From: Acidimicrobiia bacterium
GTDB lineage: Bacteria; Actinomycetota; Acidimicrobiia; Spongiisociales; ZC4RG35
Assembly (NCBI GenBank): GCA_965216725.1
Contig: CBDCGI010000022.1
Coordinates: forward strand, 147,222 to 211,221
Reading direction: 5' to 3'
Length of the DNA: 64,000 bases
The position numbers and the translations under genes are program-made. Positions 29,246-38,153 of this stretch are shown one piece after another. Position 1 is the stretch's first letter. Every line of letters begins with the position of its first letter. Under the pieces are notes generated by a model that did no database searches, was not told the origin of the DNA, and saw only the letters and a list, made by a program, of their open reading frames with translations.

Positions 29246-30195
29246 GTGGTCGCGAACTCGGCAACAAGATTCGCTACATCGAGCCGTCTGACACTGCTGG
29301 CTTTCGGTGGTGTGGTGGTCATCGCCGCCGCAAACCTCGTCGCAGTTCGCTTCACGACGAGTGAGATCCCGCCGTTCTTCGGTGCAGCGTTTCGCTTCGG
29401 TGTGGCCGGAGTGGTCCTGATCTGCGCGGGATTAGTGGCAAGGTTGCCGAATCCGACCCGACGAGAACTGATTGGGACTCTGCTGTACGGGCTGCTCGCG
29501 TTCGGCGGGGCTATGGCGCTCGGCTATTGGGCTCTTCAGGAACTCCCGGCCGCGATCGGCGGCACCATCATCGCCACCGTCCCGGTGATCACGATTCTTC
29601 TGGCTCGGGTGCAGGGCCTGGAGACATTCCAGTGGAGAGGGCTCGCCGGGGGCCTGCTCACGGTTGCCGGCATCTGGTTCTTGGTCTCCGATAGTGGCGC
29701 TGGGAATGTGCCCCTCGGCTCCGGTCTGGCCATGGTTGGAGGCGCCGTCTGCATGGCCGAAGCGGGGATCGTGGTCAAGAAGTTCCCTCCATGCCATCCG
29801 GTTGTCTTCAACGGCCTGGCCATGGGCGCGGGGGCGCTTGTTCTCCTCGGTGTTTCGCTGAGCGCGGGAGAGCAGTGGGCGATGCCCTCTAGCGGTGACA
29901 TTTGGTTGGCGATGGCGTTCATGATCCTTGCCGGCTCCATTGCTCTTTTTGGGCTCTACCTGTTCGTCCTGAAGAGCTGGACCGCTTCAGCCGCCTCCTT
30001 CCAATTCGTGTTGATCCCGTTGGCGACGGCGCTGCTTGGGTTCTGGATCTTGGATGAGCCGGTAGGGGGCGCTTCTTCGTGGGCGCAGGAATCGTCCTGG
30101 CCGGCGTCTACATCGGTGCGTTGTCCGCCAACAGGCCACCAACAGCCACGACTGCCGAGCAGGAGGCGTTCGCCCAGCGGTGTTCGACAACTTGA
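29246..30195 (+). pseudogene. EamA/DMT-family transporter with a C-terminal frame break (frameshift or 1-nt assembly error at a G5 run)
   Basis: The track ORF 29246..30322 turns from hydrophobic EamA sequence into an Arg/Pro/Ser-rich tail after ...FWILDEPVGG. The -1 frame reads RFFVGAGIVLAGVYIGALSANRPP...STT and stops at 30193..30195, a typical last EamA helix. The break sits at GGGGG 30065..30069. Confidence 0.65.
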
Positions 30196-30259
30196 CCGGG
30201 GCGGTGGCCGGGACGGAACGGCGTGTCGATCTCGGCATGTCCTGTGGTGGCGAATGGCC

Positions 30260-31060
30260 TCAGGCGGACTCGAGATCTGGCAGTCGCGAGGGTCCAAGCA
30301 GCTCGTAGACCGTCTCCGGTGAAGGGAAGCCTTTGAGCTCAGCTTGACGTGGCTCACCGAATTCGAAGCCGGCGTCAGCACCCAGGTCATGGACGACACT
30401 GGAGACGAAGACTTCGCCGACACCTGCATGGCTGCATATGCGATTCGCCAGATTCACCGCGGGTCCGTACAGGTCGTCATGGCGGTCGACAGGCTCACCT
30501 GCCGCAAGTCCAACCCTGATGTCCATGTCCGTTCTCCGATTGAAGGCGTCCCGGACGTCCAAAGACCAGCGAAGAGCAACTGCTACGTCGGCGAACGCAG
30601 CCATGATCCCGTCTCCGGTGTGCTTCACCTCGCGGCCGGAGGTCTTGGCCAGGGCTTTCCGCAGAATCAGGTCGTGCTCACTGAGAAGGACCATGAAATC
30701 TGACTGGCCCATTTTGTTGAGCAAAGCGGTGGAGTCGACGAGGTCGGTGAAGACGATGGTTCGGAACGGGCTGGTCAACTCGCTCGCGTCTTTCGGGTCA
30801 TGGACCTTGCCCAGGAAACTGACGACCTCTTTCTCAGAGACCTCGATGATCTCGGCCGGTAGGAGACCGTGAGATTGCTCGTGGACGGCGTTCATAGTGT
30901 CCTTGTCGGGGGCGTTGGCGAAGCAGAAGACCGAAGCGTCGTCCTGGTCGAACCAGTATGAGAAGAAGCTGACCCCGTACTTCGGACCAACGCTCAGATC
31001 GCTGAGATGTGCCTGGGCAACGTCCTCGGCACTGGCTTCGGGCACGTCATGTCGGTCCAT
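30260..31060 (-). CDS. DUF4242-like (SCO4226-type small metal-binding fold) domain fused to a class III cyclase domain
   Basis: 266 aa. The N-terminus MDRHDVPE..AEDVAQAHLSDLSVGPKYGVSFFSYWFD..ASVFCFANAPDKD..VHEQSHGLLPAEIIEV follows the DUF4242 pattern. The C-terminal cyclase motifs are VFTDLVDST, HTGDGIMAAF and GPAVNLANRI. Confidence 0.8.
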   Translation of the reverse strand: MDRHDVPEASAEDVAQAHLSDLSVGPKYGVSFFSYWFDQDDASVFCFANAPDKDTMNAVHEQSHGLLPAEIIEVSEKEVVSFLGKVHDPKDASELTSPFRTIVFTDLVDSTALLNKMGQSDFMVLLSEHDLILRKALAKTSGREVKHTGDGIMAAFADVAVALRWSLDVRDAFNRRTDMDIRVGLAAGEPVDRHDDLYGPAVNLANRICSHAGVGEVFVSSVVHDLGADAGFEFGEPRQAELKGFPSPETVYELLGPSRLPDLESA

Positions 31061-31099
31061 GTAGAGCGGGATGAGAGCCTCCTTTGCCTGGTTCGGATC

Positions 31100-31828
31100 C
31101 TATCCCGGCCGATCTCTCACATAGCGCAGGAACAACGACCTGTCTCCCGTAGCTACTCGGTCTAGCCGGAGGTCGAGAGGTGGATTCAGGGGAGATCCCA
31201 TCGCCACTCTTTTCGATTCGCCGAGGGCAAAAACGGGTGAGACGGTCAAGTTGATCTCGTCGACCAGGTCTGCGGCGATGAGTTGGCTGTTCACCGTTGG
31301 CCCTCCCTCGCAGAGGACCACGTCGACATCACCTAACGCTTCGATGATGCCACCACCATCGAGGCGCCCCGCCGTTTGCATGTCGGCCACACGGCCGAGG
31401 CTGTTCATGCTTTCCGGGTCGGCGCCATGTTCGGTGATGATGATCGGACGTCTCGCCGGGTCGGAGAAGACACGCGCCTCGGGGTCGATTCTGAGACTCC
31501 TGCTCAAGATGGCGAGTCGCGGCTCTCTATGAAGGCCAGCCCTCTGTCTGAAGGCGGTCATGTCGCCTGTCATGGTCACAGGTCCCAGATTCTCGGAGCG
31601 AAGGGTGGAGGCGCCAACCAGCACCACGTCTGCCACGGCACGCAACGCCAGGAACAGGGCCTTGTCGTCCTCGTCGTTGAGACCGCTGGCTCCGCCACCG
31701 ACTGCGGTGGCGCCGTCGACCGAGGCGACCATGTTCAGCAGGACCCAAGGCGTCGAGGCGTCTCGGCTCTCTGAGAACAGCATCTTCAAGATGTCGAGTG
31801 TGTCGCCGATCTCCAGCCTGCGGAGCAT
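31100..31828 (-). CDS. RibD C-terminal domain / dihydrofolate-reductase-like pyrimidine reductase family protein
   Basis: It contains WVLLNMVASVDGATAV, ALRAVADVVLVGASTLRSE and LCEGGPTVNSQLIAADLVDEINLTVSPV. The start is taken at MLRRLE (31828), because the track extension to 31894 translates through a repeat element. Confidence 0.7.
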   Translation of the reverse strand: MLRRLEIGDTLDILKMLFSESRDASTPWVLLNMVASVDGATAVGGGASGLNDEDDKALFLALRAVADVVLVGASTLRSENLGPVTMTGDMTAFRQRAGLHREPRLAILSRSLRIDPEARVFSDPARRPIIITEHGADPESMNSLGRVADMQTAGRLDGGGIIEALGDVDVVLCEGGPTVNSQLIAADLVDEINLTVSPVFALGESKRVAMGSPLNPPLDLRLDRVATGDRSLFLRYVRDRPG

Positions 31829-31830
31829 GG

Positions 31831-31901
31831 GTCCGGAACCTACTCCTACCTGTCGAGTGTGCTTGTCCTCTCGTTTTTTGGGTAGGACAAGCACACTCGA
31901 C
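31831..31901 (-). repeat. Palindromic element, copy 1 (18-bp perfect stem, 14-nt loop, conserved flank)
   Basis: The plus strand reads GTCCGGAACCTACTCCTACCT-GTCGAGTGTGCTTGTCCT(31852..31869)-CTCGTTTTTTGGGT-AGGACAAGCACACTCGAC(31884..31901). It lies between the stop of 31934..34540 and the ATG at 31828. Confidence 0.8.
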
Positions 31902-31933
31902 GGGATTCTGGGCGCGAGGCTGGGGGCCGAGAG

Positions 31934-34540
31934 TCAGTCTTCGACGGCATAGGCCACGGCCTGGGACGGGCTCATCGTGGTGCCTTCTTGGAAGTCGGTG
32001 TACTCGTCGTCGACCTCACCGAGAAGCTCTCGCACCTCTTTGTCCGCCTCTTCCCAGGCGGCGGTATCCCACAGGCTCATCCCGATCTGACGTCTTATCG
32101 TCTGGACCGCACCGAGGATTCGGGCCGCCCGGTCCCTGCGTTCACTCATCACTTCGAGGGCGGCAAAATCGCTGAGAAAGAGAATCAGCGCCGGAAGGTC
32201 GTATGCCTCCGCGAACGTGAGAATCCCGTCCCGGAAAGCTTTCCGCGCCTCGGCGAGACGTCCAATCTTCATCAGAGAGTCGCCGAGGGCATATCGCGAC
32301 CATCCCAGATCGAACGGTGCGTCGAGGGGCTCAAAGGCTGCCATCGCAAGCTCGGACTGGCGCACCGCGTCTTCTTTGTCGCCCTGGTACCACGCCAGGT
32401 TGAACCTCCCCCAAAAGACCCGGGCGGCCGCGTAGCGGTCGTCAGTCGATTGCGCCAGCTGTTCGCTTTCATCCAAAGCATCGCTTGCCTCGTCGTATCT
32501 GCCCTGCGCTGTCAGCGGGAACGACAGGTTGTACAGAGCAAGCGAGAGGTCGTCTTCGGATCCGTGCTCACGGAGGATCGAAACGGCCTCGGCATAAGGG
32601 GCCTCCATGGCTTCCAAGTCGCCGATCCAGTATGCGATGCCGCCTGCTGCCTCCAACGCTCGAGCCCGGAGGATCGGGTGGTCGCCCGGCATGCCCAGCG
32701 CCTGGGTAACGCGTTCCTTGGCCTCGGGCAACGGTCCCCGCGTCTGCCAATACCGCCACATGCCCGCCGCGATCTTCAGCGCTGACGCCGAATCACCGCT
32801 GTCGACGGCCCAGTCGAGGGCGGCTCTGATGTTGTTGTGCTCTTCGGACAGACGGTTCAACCACTTCAACCGGGCACCAGTGAGCATCTCGGGGTGTGCC
32901 GCCTCGACGAGCTCGGTAAAGACTCTCGTGTGGCGGTTGCGGTATCCGCCCTCCTCATCGCGGCTCACAAGCGTTTCGTAGGCAAACTCCCGGATCACGT
33001 GGAGCATCGAGAACCTCGCCGGGCCTGAGCCGCGGGTCTCGGTTACCAGACTCTGCTCGATCAACTCCTCCAGGTTGTCGATCACGTCCACATTGGTTTC
33101 GTCGTTGTCACGGCACACTCGGTCGAGTTCCTCCAAGCTGGCTCCGCCGGCGAAGACCGAGAGCCGCGCGAAGAGACGTTGGGCTGGTTCGGTGAGAAGG
33201 TCGAAACTCCAGCCGATGGTGCTGTCGATTGTTTTCTGACGTGAAGGCAGGTCCCCCGATCGCGTCGCCAGGAGTTTGTTGTGGAGCCGGGTGAGAATCT
33301 CCTCGGGCGGAAGAACCCTCAGCCGGGACGCCGCCAGTTCGATGGCGAGCGGCAGCCCGTCCAATCGCTCGACCAATGCCTCTATCGCGGTGAGCTCATC
33401 GGGCTCGGGAGCAAAACCGGGTCGAACAGTTTGTGCCCGATCGAGAAAGAGTCGGGCGCCTTCGCTGAGCGTGTCTCCGCTGTCCGTTCCGAGAGGGGGA
33501 ACGGTCATCTCTCGTTCCCCGCCTACCCGGAGCGGAACCCGCGAGGTGACGAGGATCGAAACCGATTCGGTGGTTGAGATGATCCTTCCAACGAGTTGGT
33601 GAGCTTCGATGAGATGCTCGAAGTTGTCGAGCACCAGGAGGGACTCCTTGCCGGTGAGATAGCTGACCAGGTGGTCCTCAGGCTCGACGATCACCGAATT
33701 GCTCTGTAGTCCGAGCGTGGAGAGGATCGCATCAGCGAGAAGATCCGGATCCTCGAGATCTGAGAGCTCAACGAAGAAGATGCCATCCCGATAGCGGCCC
33801 TCGAGGGATTCGACTACCTCAAGCGACAGGCGCGTCTTACCCGTTCCGCCAGGGCCGGTCAGGGTTATCAGCCGATGTGATGCAAGGAGCGAGGTGACAT
33901 CTGCCACCTCTGCCTCACGCCCCACGAAAGACGTCTGAGGACGGGGTATGAGGGACGGAGCGGGCCCCGATGCGCGAGGCGGCGGGAAGTCGCCCGGGAC
34001 CCCGGTGGCTGTCACCTGGTACAGGGTTTCGTCTCCGACGTCTTTGAGCTGGAACACGCCCAGGTCGAGTATCCGGACATCGGACCCCATGGCCTGTGCA
34101 GCCAGGGAAGCGGTGGCCTTTGAAACCAGGATCTGCCCACCGTGGGCGGCGTCGGCGATTCGAGCTGCTCGATGCACGTCGAGCCCCAGGTAATCGGCAC
34201 CGCCGAGGGTGGCCGTTCCGGTGTGCAGACCCATGCGCACTCTCATCGCGATCTCGTCTGGCCATGGCTGGGCGGCGAGCGCTTGCTGGGCCGCCGCTGC
34301 CGCGGCGACTCCGTCGGGTGCCGAGGCGAAGACGGCGAAAACGGCATCGCCTTCGGTTCGAATCTCGACGCCGTTGTTGTCTTCGATCTCTTTGCGGATA
34401 AGGCCGTAGTGCGTTTCGAGGACGTCCCGGTATCGGTCGTCACCGATCTCCTGGACAAGGCGGGTCGACCCCTCGATGTCGGTGAATAGGAAAGTGACAG
34501 TGCCGGTGGGCAGTCCACGATCAGCTGGTTCCGAGGTCAC
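31934..34540 (-). CDS. Class III cyclase domain + NB-ARC-like P-loop NTPase + TPR repeats (STAND protein)
   Basis: 868 aa. Cyclase motifs are VTFLFTDIEGST, EGDAVFAVF and LGLDVHRAARI, with His where Asn is usual. Walker A is GPGGTGKTRL and Walker B-like is LLVLDNFEHL. The C-terminus is TPR-like (ALYNLSF..., YALGDSLMKIGRLAEA). Confidence 0.88.
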   Translation of the reverse strand: MTSEPADRGLPTGTVTFLFTDIEGSTRLVQEIGDDRYRDVLETHYGLIRKEIEDNNGVEIRTEGDAVFAVFASAPDGVAAAAAAQQALAAQPWPDEIAMRVRMGLHTGTATLGGADYLGLDVHRAARIADAAHGGQILVSKATASLAAQAMGSDVRILDLGVFQLKDVGDETLYQVTATGVPGDFPPPRASGPAPSLIPRPQTSFVGREAEVADVTSLLASHRLITLTGPGGTGKTRLSLEVVESLEGRYRDGIFFVELSDLEDPDLLADAILSTLGLQSNSVIVEPEDHLVSYLTGKESLLVLDNFEHLIEAHQLVGRIISTTESVSILVTSRVPLRVGGEREMTVPPLGTDSGDTLSEGARLFLDRAQTVRPGFAPEPDELTAIEALVERLDGLPLAIELAASRLRVLPPEEILTRLHNKLLATRSGDLPSRQKTIDSTIGWSFDLLTEPAQRLFARLSVFAGGASLEELDRVCRDNDETNVDVIDNLEELIEQSLVTETRGSGPARFSMLHVIREFAYETLVSRDEEGGYRNRHTRVFTELVEAAHPEMLTGARLKWLNRLSEEHNNIRAALDWAVDSGDSASALKIAAGMWRYWQTRGPLPEAKERVTQALGMPGDHPILRARALEAAGGIAYWIGDLEAMEAPYAEAVSILREHGSEDDLSLALYNLSFPLTAQGRYDEASDALDESEQLAQSTDDRYAAARVFWGRFNLAWYQGDKEDAVRQSELAMAAFEPLDAPFDLGWSRYALGDSLMKIGRLAEARKAFRDGILTFAEAYDLPALILFLSDFAALEVMSERRDRAARILGAVQTIRRQIGMSLWDTAAWEEADKEVRELLGEVDDEYTDFQEGTTMSPSQAVAYAVED

Positions 34541-34608
34541 AGCAAGGAACCTAACCAGAAGCTAGGAACGCCCAGGGGCTGCCCTCGGTCAGGACAAGTC
34601 GCCTCTCG

Positions 34609-34878
34609 TCAGGCGAAGTGGGTGATGGTTGGCTGGCTGGCCAGGTGAGGGTTGAGGGTGCCGAGAAAGGCTTCGACGTTTGCCTTCTGCCAGGCGACAT
34701 GAGCCTCGACAGAGTCCCACTCCGCAGTGATCAGGAATCGGTTGGGGTCCTCCACCCCTCGTTGCACCTTGAACCCGTGGAATCCTTCGACGTCGTCGAA
34801 CAGGTCTCCGGTGGTGGATAAGGCCTTCATGAAGCCGTTCGGGTCTGTCGTCGCGAAGTCGACCAGTGCTGTGACCAT
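34609..34878 (-). CDS. Antibiotic-biosynthesis-monooxygenase (ABM)-domain small protein
   Basis: 89 aa. The pattern GFHGFKVQRGVEDPNRFLITAEWDSVEAHVAW fits the ferredoxin-like ABM fold. Confidence 0.72.
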   Translation of the reverse strand: MVTALVDFATTDPNGFMKALSTTGDLFDDVEGFHGFKVQRGVEDPNRFLITAEWDSVEAHVAWQKANVEAFLGTLNPHLASQPTITHFA

Positions 34879-34905
34879 TGAGCCTCCTCGAGTTCGTTCT
34901 TCGAG

Positions 34906-34980
34906 GTCCAGAACCTACTCCTACCTCGTCGAGTGTGCTTGTCCTCTCGTTTTTTGGGTAGGACAAGCACACTCGACGAG
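34906..34980 (-). repeat. Palindromic element, copy 2 (21-bp perfect stem, identical 14-nt loop)
   Basis: The plus strand reads GTCCAGAACCTACTCCTACCT, with the stem CTCGTCGAGTGTGCTTGTCCT (34925..34945) overlapping its last 4 nt, then the loop CTCGTTTTTTGGGT, then AGGACAAGCACACTCGACGAG (34960..34980). It lies between the gldA stop (35003) and the ABM ATG (34878). Confidence 0.8.
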
Positions 34981-35002
34981 GGTTAAGGGACGGGTGGAGT
35001 CG

Positions 35003-36154
35003 CTACCTCTTCACGAGAGAACGGCCTAGGGAGTCGGCATCCCGCAAAGCCTGCACCACCATTTCCTCGTTCACCTGGAACGGCATGTTGGCCGTGAAAG
35101 GGAAGGCGACCGTCCCCGACGCCAAAGTGTCAAGTTGGCGAATGTCATCGGGATCCACGGATAGTTGATCCAGTGTGATGGGAAGACCGACCTGGTCAAA
35201 GAGCCCGGCCACGCGTTTTGCCTCTTCGTGTTCCGACTCGAGCATGAGCTGGGCCAATACCCCATAAGCGACCATCTCGCCATGCAGATAGTTGTCGTGG
35301 ACCTCTTCGAAAGACGTGAAGCTCATTCCGATGCCATGAGCGGCGGCGAGTCCGCCACTCTCGAAGCCGATTCCGCTGAGCAAAGTGTTGGCTTCGATCA
35401 CATCCTCCAGAGCCTCGTTCACCACACCATCTCGAACGGCCTCTGCGGCGGCGACGCCGAAGTCGAACAGCGCTTCGGCGCAAGCCTTCCCGATGGCCAC
35501 GGCGGCAATCGAAGGCCTCGTTCCCAGCGTCGACACTGCGTCGGGATTGCCTGCGACCACCCTCGCCTCGTACCAGGTCGCCATGGCGTCGCCGATTCCG
35601 GCGACGAGGAATCGCTCGGGGGCGGAGGCGATCACTCCGGAGTCCACTACCACCATGTATGGGCTCTCCGGATAGAACTCGACGTCCTGGAAAACCCCTG
35701 AGGCGTCGTAGATCACTGAAGATGCCGAACACGGGGCATCGTTGGAAGCCAGGGAAGGAACCACCACCAGCGGGACACCGATTCGATAGGCGATGGCCTT
35801 GGCTGCGTCGATGCACTTTCCTCCACCCAGCGCTATGAAGACGCTGACCTCTGAGTTGTCCAGGTCGGCGGTTCGAGCGGCGATCTCGTCCATGCTGGTC
35901 TCCCCACCGAATTCGAGGAAGAGTGTCGTCCTTCCCGATTTCGCCAGACCTCTCGCAAGACGGTCACCGAGTTCGGCTCGACGTCGGGGCGAGGCAAGGA
36001 TGGCTGCGGACCCCGGGTCCAGCGTTCGGACGTAGGTGCCCACCTCGTCGATCGTCCCTGGTCCCTGGATGTAGCGGCTTGGTGAGATGTAGACCCGAGG
36101 CGCTGGCTGCGTCGAGCCGTACAACTGGTCGGGATGGAAGGGTTCAGTAGTCAT
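35003..36154 (-). CDS. gldA: Glycerol dehydrogenase (iron-containing ADH family)
   Basis: 383 aa and colinear with E. coli GldA as I recall it. Shared strings include YIQGPG, GGGKCIDAAKAIA, SLASNDAPCSASSVIY, AGIGDAMATWYEAR, VIEANTLLSGIGFESGGLAAAH, HGEMVAYGVL and VGLPITLDQL. Confidence 0.88.
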   Translation of the reverse strand: MTTEPFHPDQLYGSTQPAPRVYISPSRYIQGPGTIDEVGTYVRTLDPGSAAILASPRRRAELGDRLARGLAKSGRTTLFLEFGGETSMDEIAARTADLDNSEVSVFIALGGGKCIDAAKAIAYRIGVPLVVVPSLASNDAPCSASSVIYDASGVFQDVEFYPESPYMVVVDSGVIASAPERFLVAGIGDAMATWYEARVVAGNPDAVSTLGTRPSIAAVAIGKACAEALFDFGVAAAEAVRDGVVNEALEDVIEANTLLSGIGFESGGLAAAHGIGMSFTSFEEVHDNYLHGEMVAYGVLAQLMLESEHEEAKRVAGLFDQVGLPITLDQLSVDPDDIRQLDTLASGTVAFPFTANMPFQVNEEMVVQALRDADSLGRSLVKR

Positions 36155-36176
36155 GCGTCTCCTACAGATTGCGACC

Positions 36177-36761
36177 CTAGAGCCAGATGTAGACCACCGT
36201 GGCCGCCAGGAGCAGGGCCAGGCTCACACTCAAGACTCGCGAGCGCTCTCCGGTGAAGAATCGGTTGAGGACCGTGCCTCCCGCGGTCCAGACGATGTTG
36301 CAGGGGAAGACAACGATCATGATCGTTCCCGCGGTCGCTATAGATCCCATCACTGCCGACCATTGCTCTGGCCGGAACGTGGCTACCGCGGTGAGGACGA
36401 AGACCCAGGCTTTCGGGTTGACGTACTGAAACATCAATCCCTGGAGCAGGGTCAGAGGTTTCGCGGCTGCGGCTCTACTGGAGGCTCGAAGGCCCGAGAT
36501 CTGTACGGCGAGATAGAGCAGATAAGCCGAGCCCACCAGCTTGAGTCCCGTTTCCACAGGAGGAAACGCTTCGATGAACGCGGCGAGGCCCACAGCTGCG
36601 AGGATTGCCATGGTGCCCACTCCGGAGACAATTCCCAGCATGTGGGGGAGCGTGTTTCGTATTCCAAACTGGACGCCGGAGGCCCACAGCATGACGTTGT
36701 TGGGCCCAGGGGTTATCGCGGCGATGAAAGCGAATGTGGCCAAGGCGCCAAGCTCACCCAT
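36177..36761 (-). CDS. LysE/RhtB-family amino-acid exporter
   Basis: 194 aa. The N-terminus is FIAAITPGPNNVMLWASG, followed by about 6 TM segments. Confidence 0.85.
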   Translation of the reverse strand: MGELGALATFAFIAAITPGPNNVMLWASGVQFGIRNTLPHMLGIVSGVGTMAILAAVGLAAFIEAFPPVETGLKLVGSAYLLYLAVQISGLRASSRAAAAKPLTLLQGLMFQYVNPKAWVFVLTAVATFRPEQWSAVMGSIATAGTIMIVVFPCNIVWTAGGTVLNRFFTGERSRVLSVSLALLLAATVVYIWL

Positions 36762-36884
36762 GAGGTCTTGCGCCGGGCTCGTCGATCACCGGCCGAATCT
36801 ACCCGGCCCGTGCGGGCCCGGGCTGTTGAGTTTCCCCAGTAGGACGGGTGGCCGCCAGTCGCCCGGTGTTGGTAGGTCGGTGTC

Positions 36885-38102
36885 ATGAACGACGAAAAGT
36901 CAATCGCCAACTGGGCGGCACGTCTCGACTCCGAGCAGCAGCGGACGGCTCCATTCCTTCCTGAGCCGGGAAGGCTGGACCGGCTGGTGTCCGAACTCGG
37001 GGCCATGGGTGACAAGTCCGGAGGTTCCGAGCTAGCAGGCGTGCTCTTTGGGGTGAAAGACATCATCAATGTCGACGGTCTGGAGACCCGGGCCGGCTCC
37101 AACCTCCCGCCGTCGACCTTCGCCGGCCCCGAGGCGTCGGTGGTAACCCGCCTGCGGAGAACGGGTGCCGTGGTGGCCGGGAAGACCACCACCACCGAAT
37201 TCGCCTTCTCTGAGCCCTCACCAACCCGAAATCCGCGGAATCCTGCGCACACCCCGGGGGGATCGAGCAGCGGCTCGGCGGCAGCTGTCGGTGCGGGTTT
37301 GGTTCCCTTTGCGCTTGGCACCCAGACCGTGGACTCGATTGTCACTCCGGCGGCATACTGCGGTGTGGTCGGGTTCAAGCCGACCTTCGGGCGGGTGCCA
37401 GTCGATGGTGTGGTCCCGTTTTCCCCTTCGATGGATCACGTCGGGGTTTTGGCCCAAGACGTGGCCACCGCAACGTCGGTCGCCCGAGTGATTTGTGATC
37501 GATGGAGCGGTGAAGCTCCCAATGAAGGAATCGTTCTCGGATTGCCCTCCGATGCCTATCTCGGAAAGGCTGACGGAGCAGCGAACCAAGCGCTCGATGC
37601 TGTTATCGGCGAGATCGAGGGAGCCGGTTTCGACATTGTCGCCACCGACGCCCTCTCTAATATCGACGAGATAGCAAACGTTCACCGTCGGCTTACTGCT
37701 GCCGAGTTCGCGAGAGTCAGCGAGCAGTGGTTCGAACAATTCGGTGATCGCTTTCGGCCGCGCAGTCGGGAGGTGCATCTCTACGGTGCCAGCCTCGATC
37801 CGGAGGTCGTGTCGCTTGGCATCGACCATGCGGCCGGGATTCGAGAGCGTCTTGAAGAGATCATGGAACGGCGAGGCATCTCGGCCTGGGTGGCGCCGGC
37901 CGCCACAGGCGTTGCTCCCCGGGGTCTCGACTACATAGGAGATCCGATCATGGGGAGACCTTGGACCCACGCCCACCTTCCTGTAGTAGCCCTTCCGGTG
38001 GCGTCCGGGCTTCCTCTGGGAATCCAGTTAGTAGGCCGCCACGGGCACGACGAAGAGCTGCTTGCCCTTGCCGCCAGAGTTGAGATGCTCTTCGAGAGAT
38101 GA
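36885..38102 (+). CDS. Amidase (amidase-signature family)
   Basis: 405 aa. It has the AS signature GGSSSGSAAAV preceded by GKTTTTEFA. Confidence 0.9.
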   Translation: MNDEKSIANWAARLDSEQQRTAPFLPEPGRLDRLVSELGAMGDKSGGSELAGVLFGVKDIINVDGLETRAGSNLPPSTFAGPEASVVTRLRRTGAVVAGKTTTTEFAFSEPSPTRNPRNPAHTPGGSSSGSAAAVGAGLVPFALGTQTVDSIVTPAAYCGVVGFKPTFGRVPVDGVVPFSPSMDHVGVLAQDVATATSVARVICDRWSGEAPNEGIVLGLPSDAYLGKADGAANQALDAVIGEIEGAGFDIVATDALSNIDEIANVHRRLTAAEFARVSEQWFEQFGDRFRPRSREVHLYGASLDPEVVSLGIDHAAGIRERLEEIMERRGISAWVAPAATGVAPRGLDYIGDPIMGRPWTHAHLPVVALPVASGLPLGIQLVGRHGHDEELLALAARVEMLFER

Positions 38103-38108
38103 GGGCCC

Positions 38109-38141
38109 GCGGAGGCCGGCTGAGTGAGAACCGACCTCCGC
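38109..38141. terminator. Hairpin between convergent genes (possible bidirectional terminator)
   Basis: GCGGAGGCCGG (38109..38119) pairs with CCGACCTCCGC (38131..38141). That is an 11-bp stem with one mismatch and an 11-nt loop. It starts 7 nt after the amidase stop. Confidence 0.4.
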
Positions 38142-38153
38142 AGGTAGACGGGT

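Noticed and set aside
31829-31894. ORFs that translate through the palindromic elements, giving ...VGVGSGP... in 31100..31894 and 34589..34972, and CACPLVFWVGQAHS in 31798..32175 and 34727..35029
   Set aside because: The shared peptide strings merely reflect the DNA repeat being read in two frames. The ORFs have poor composition, and better starts exist downstream.
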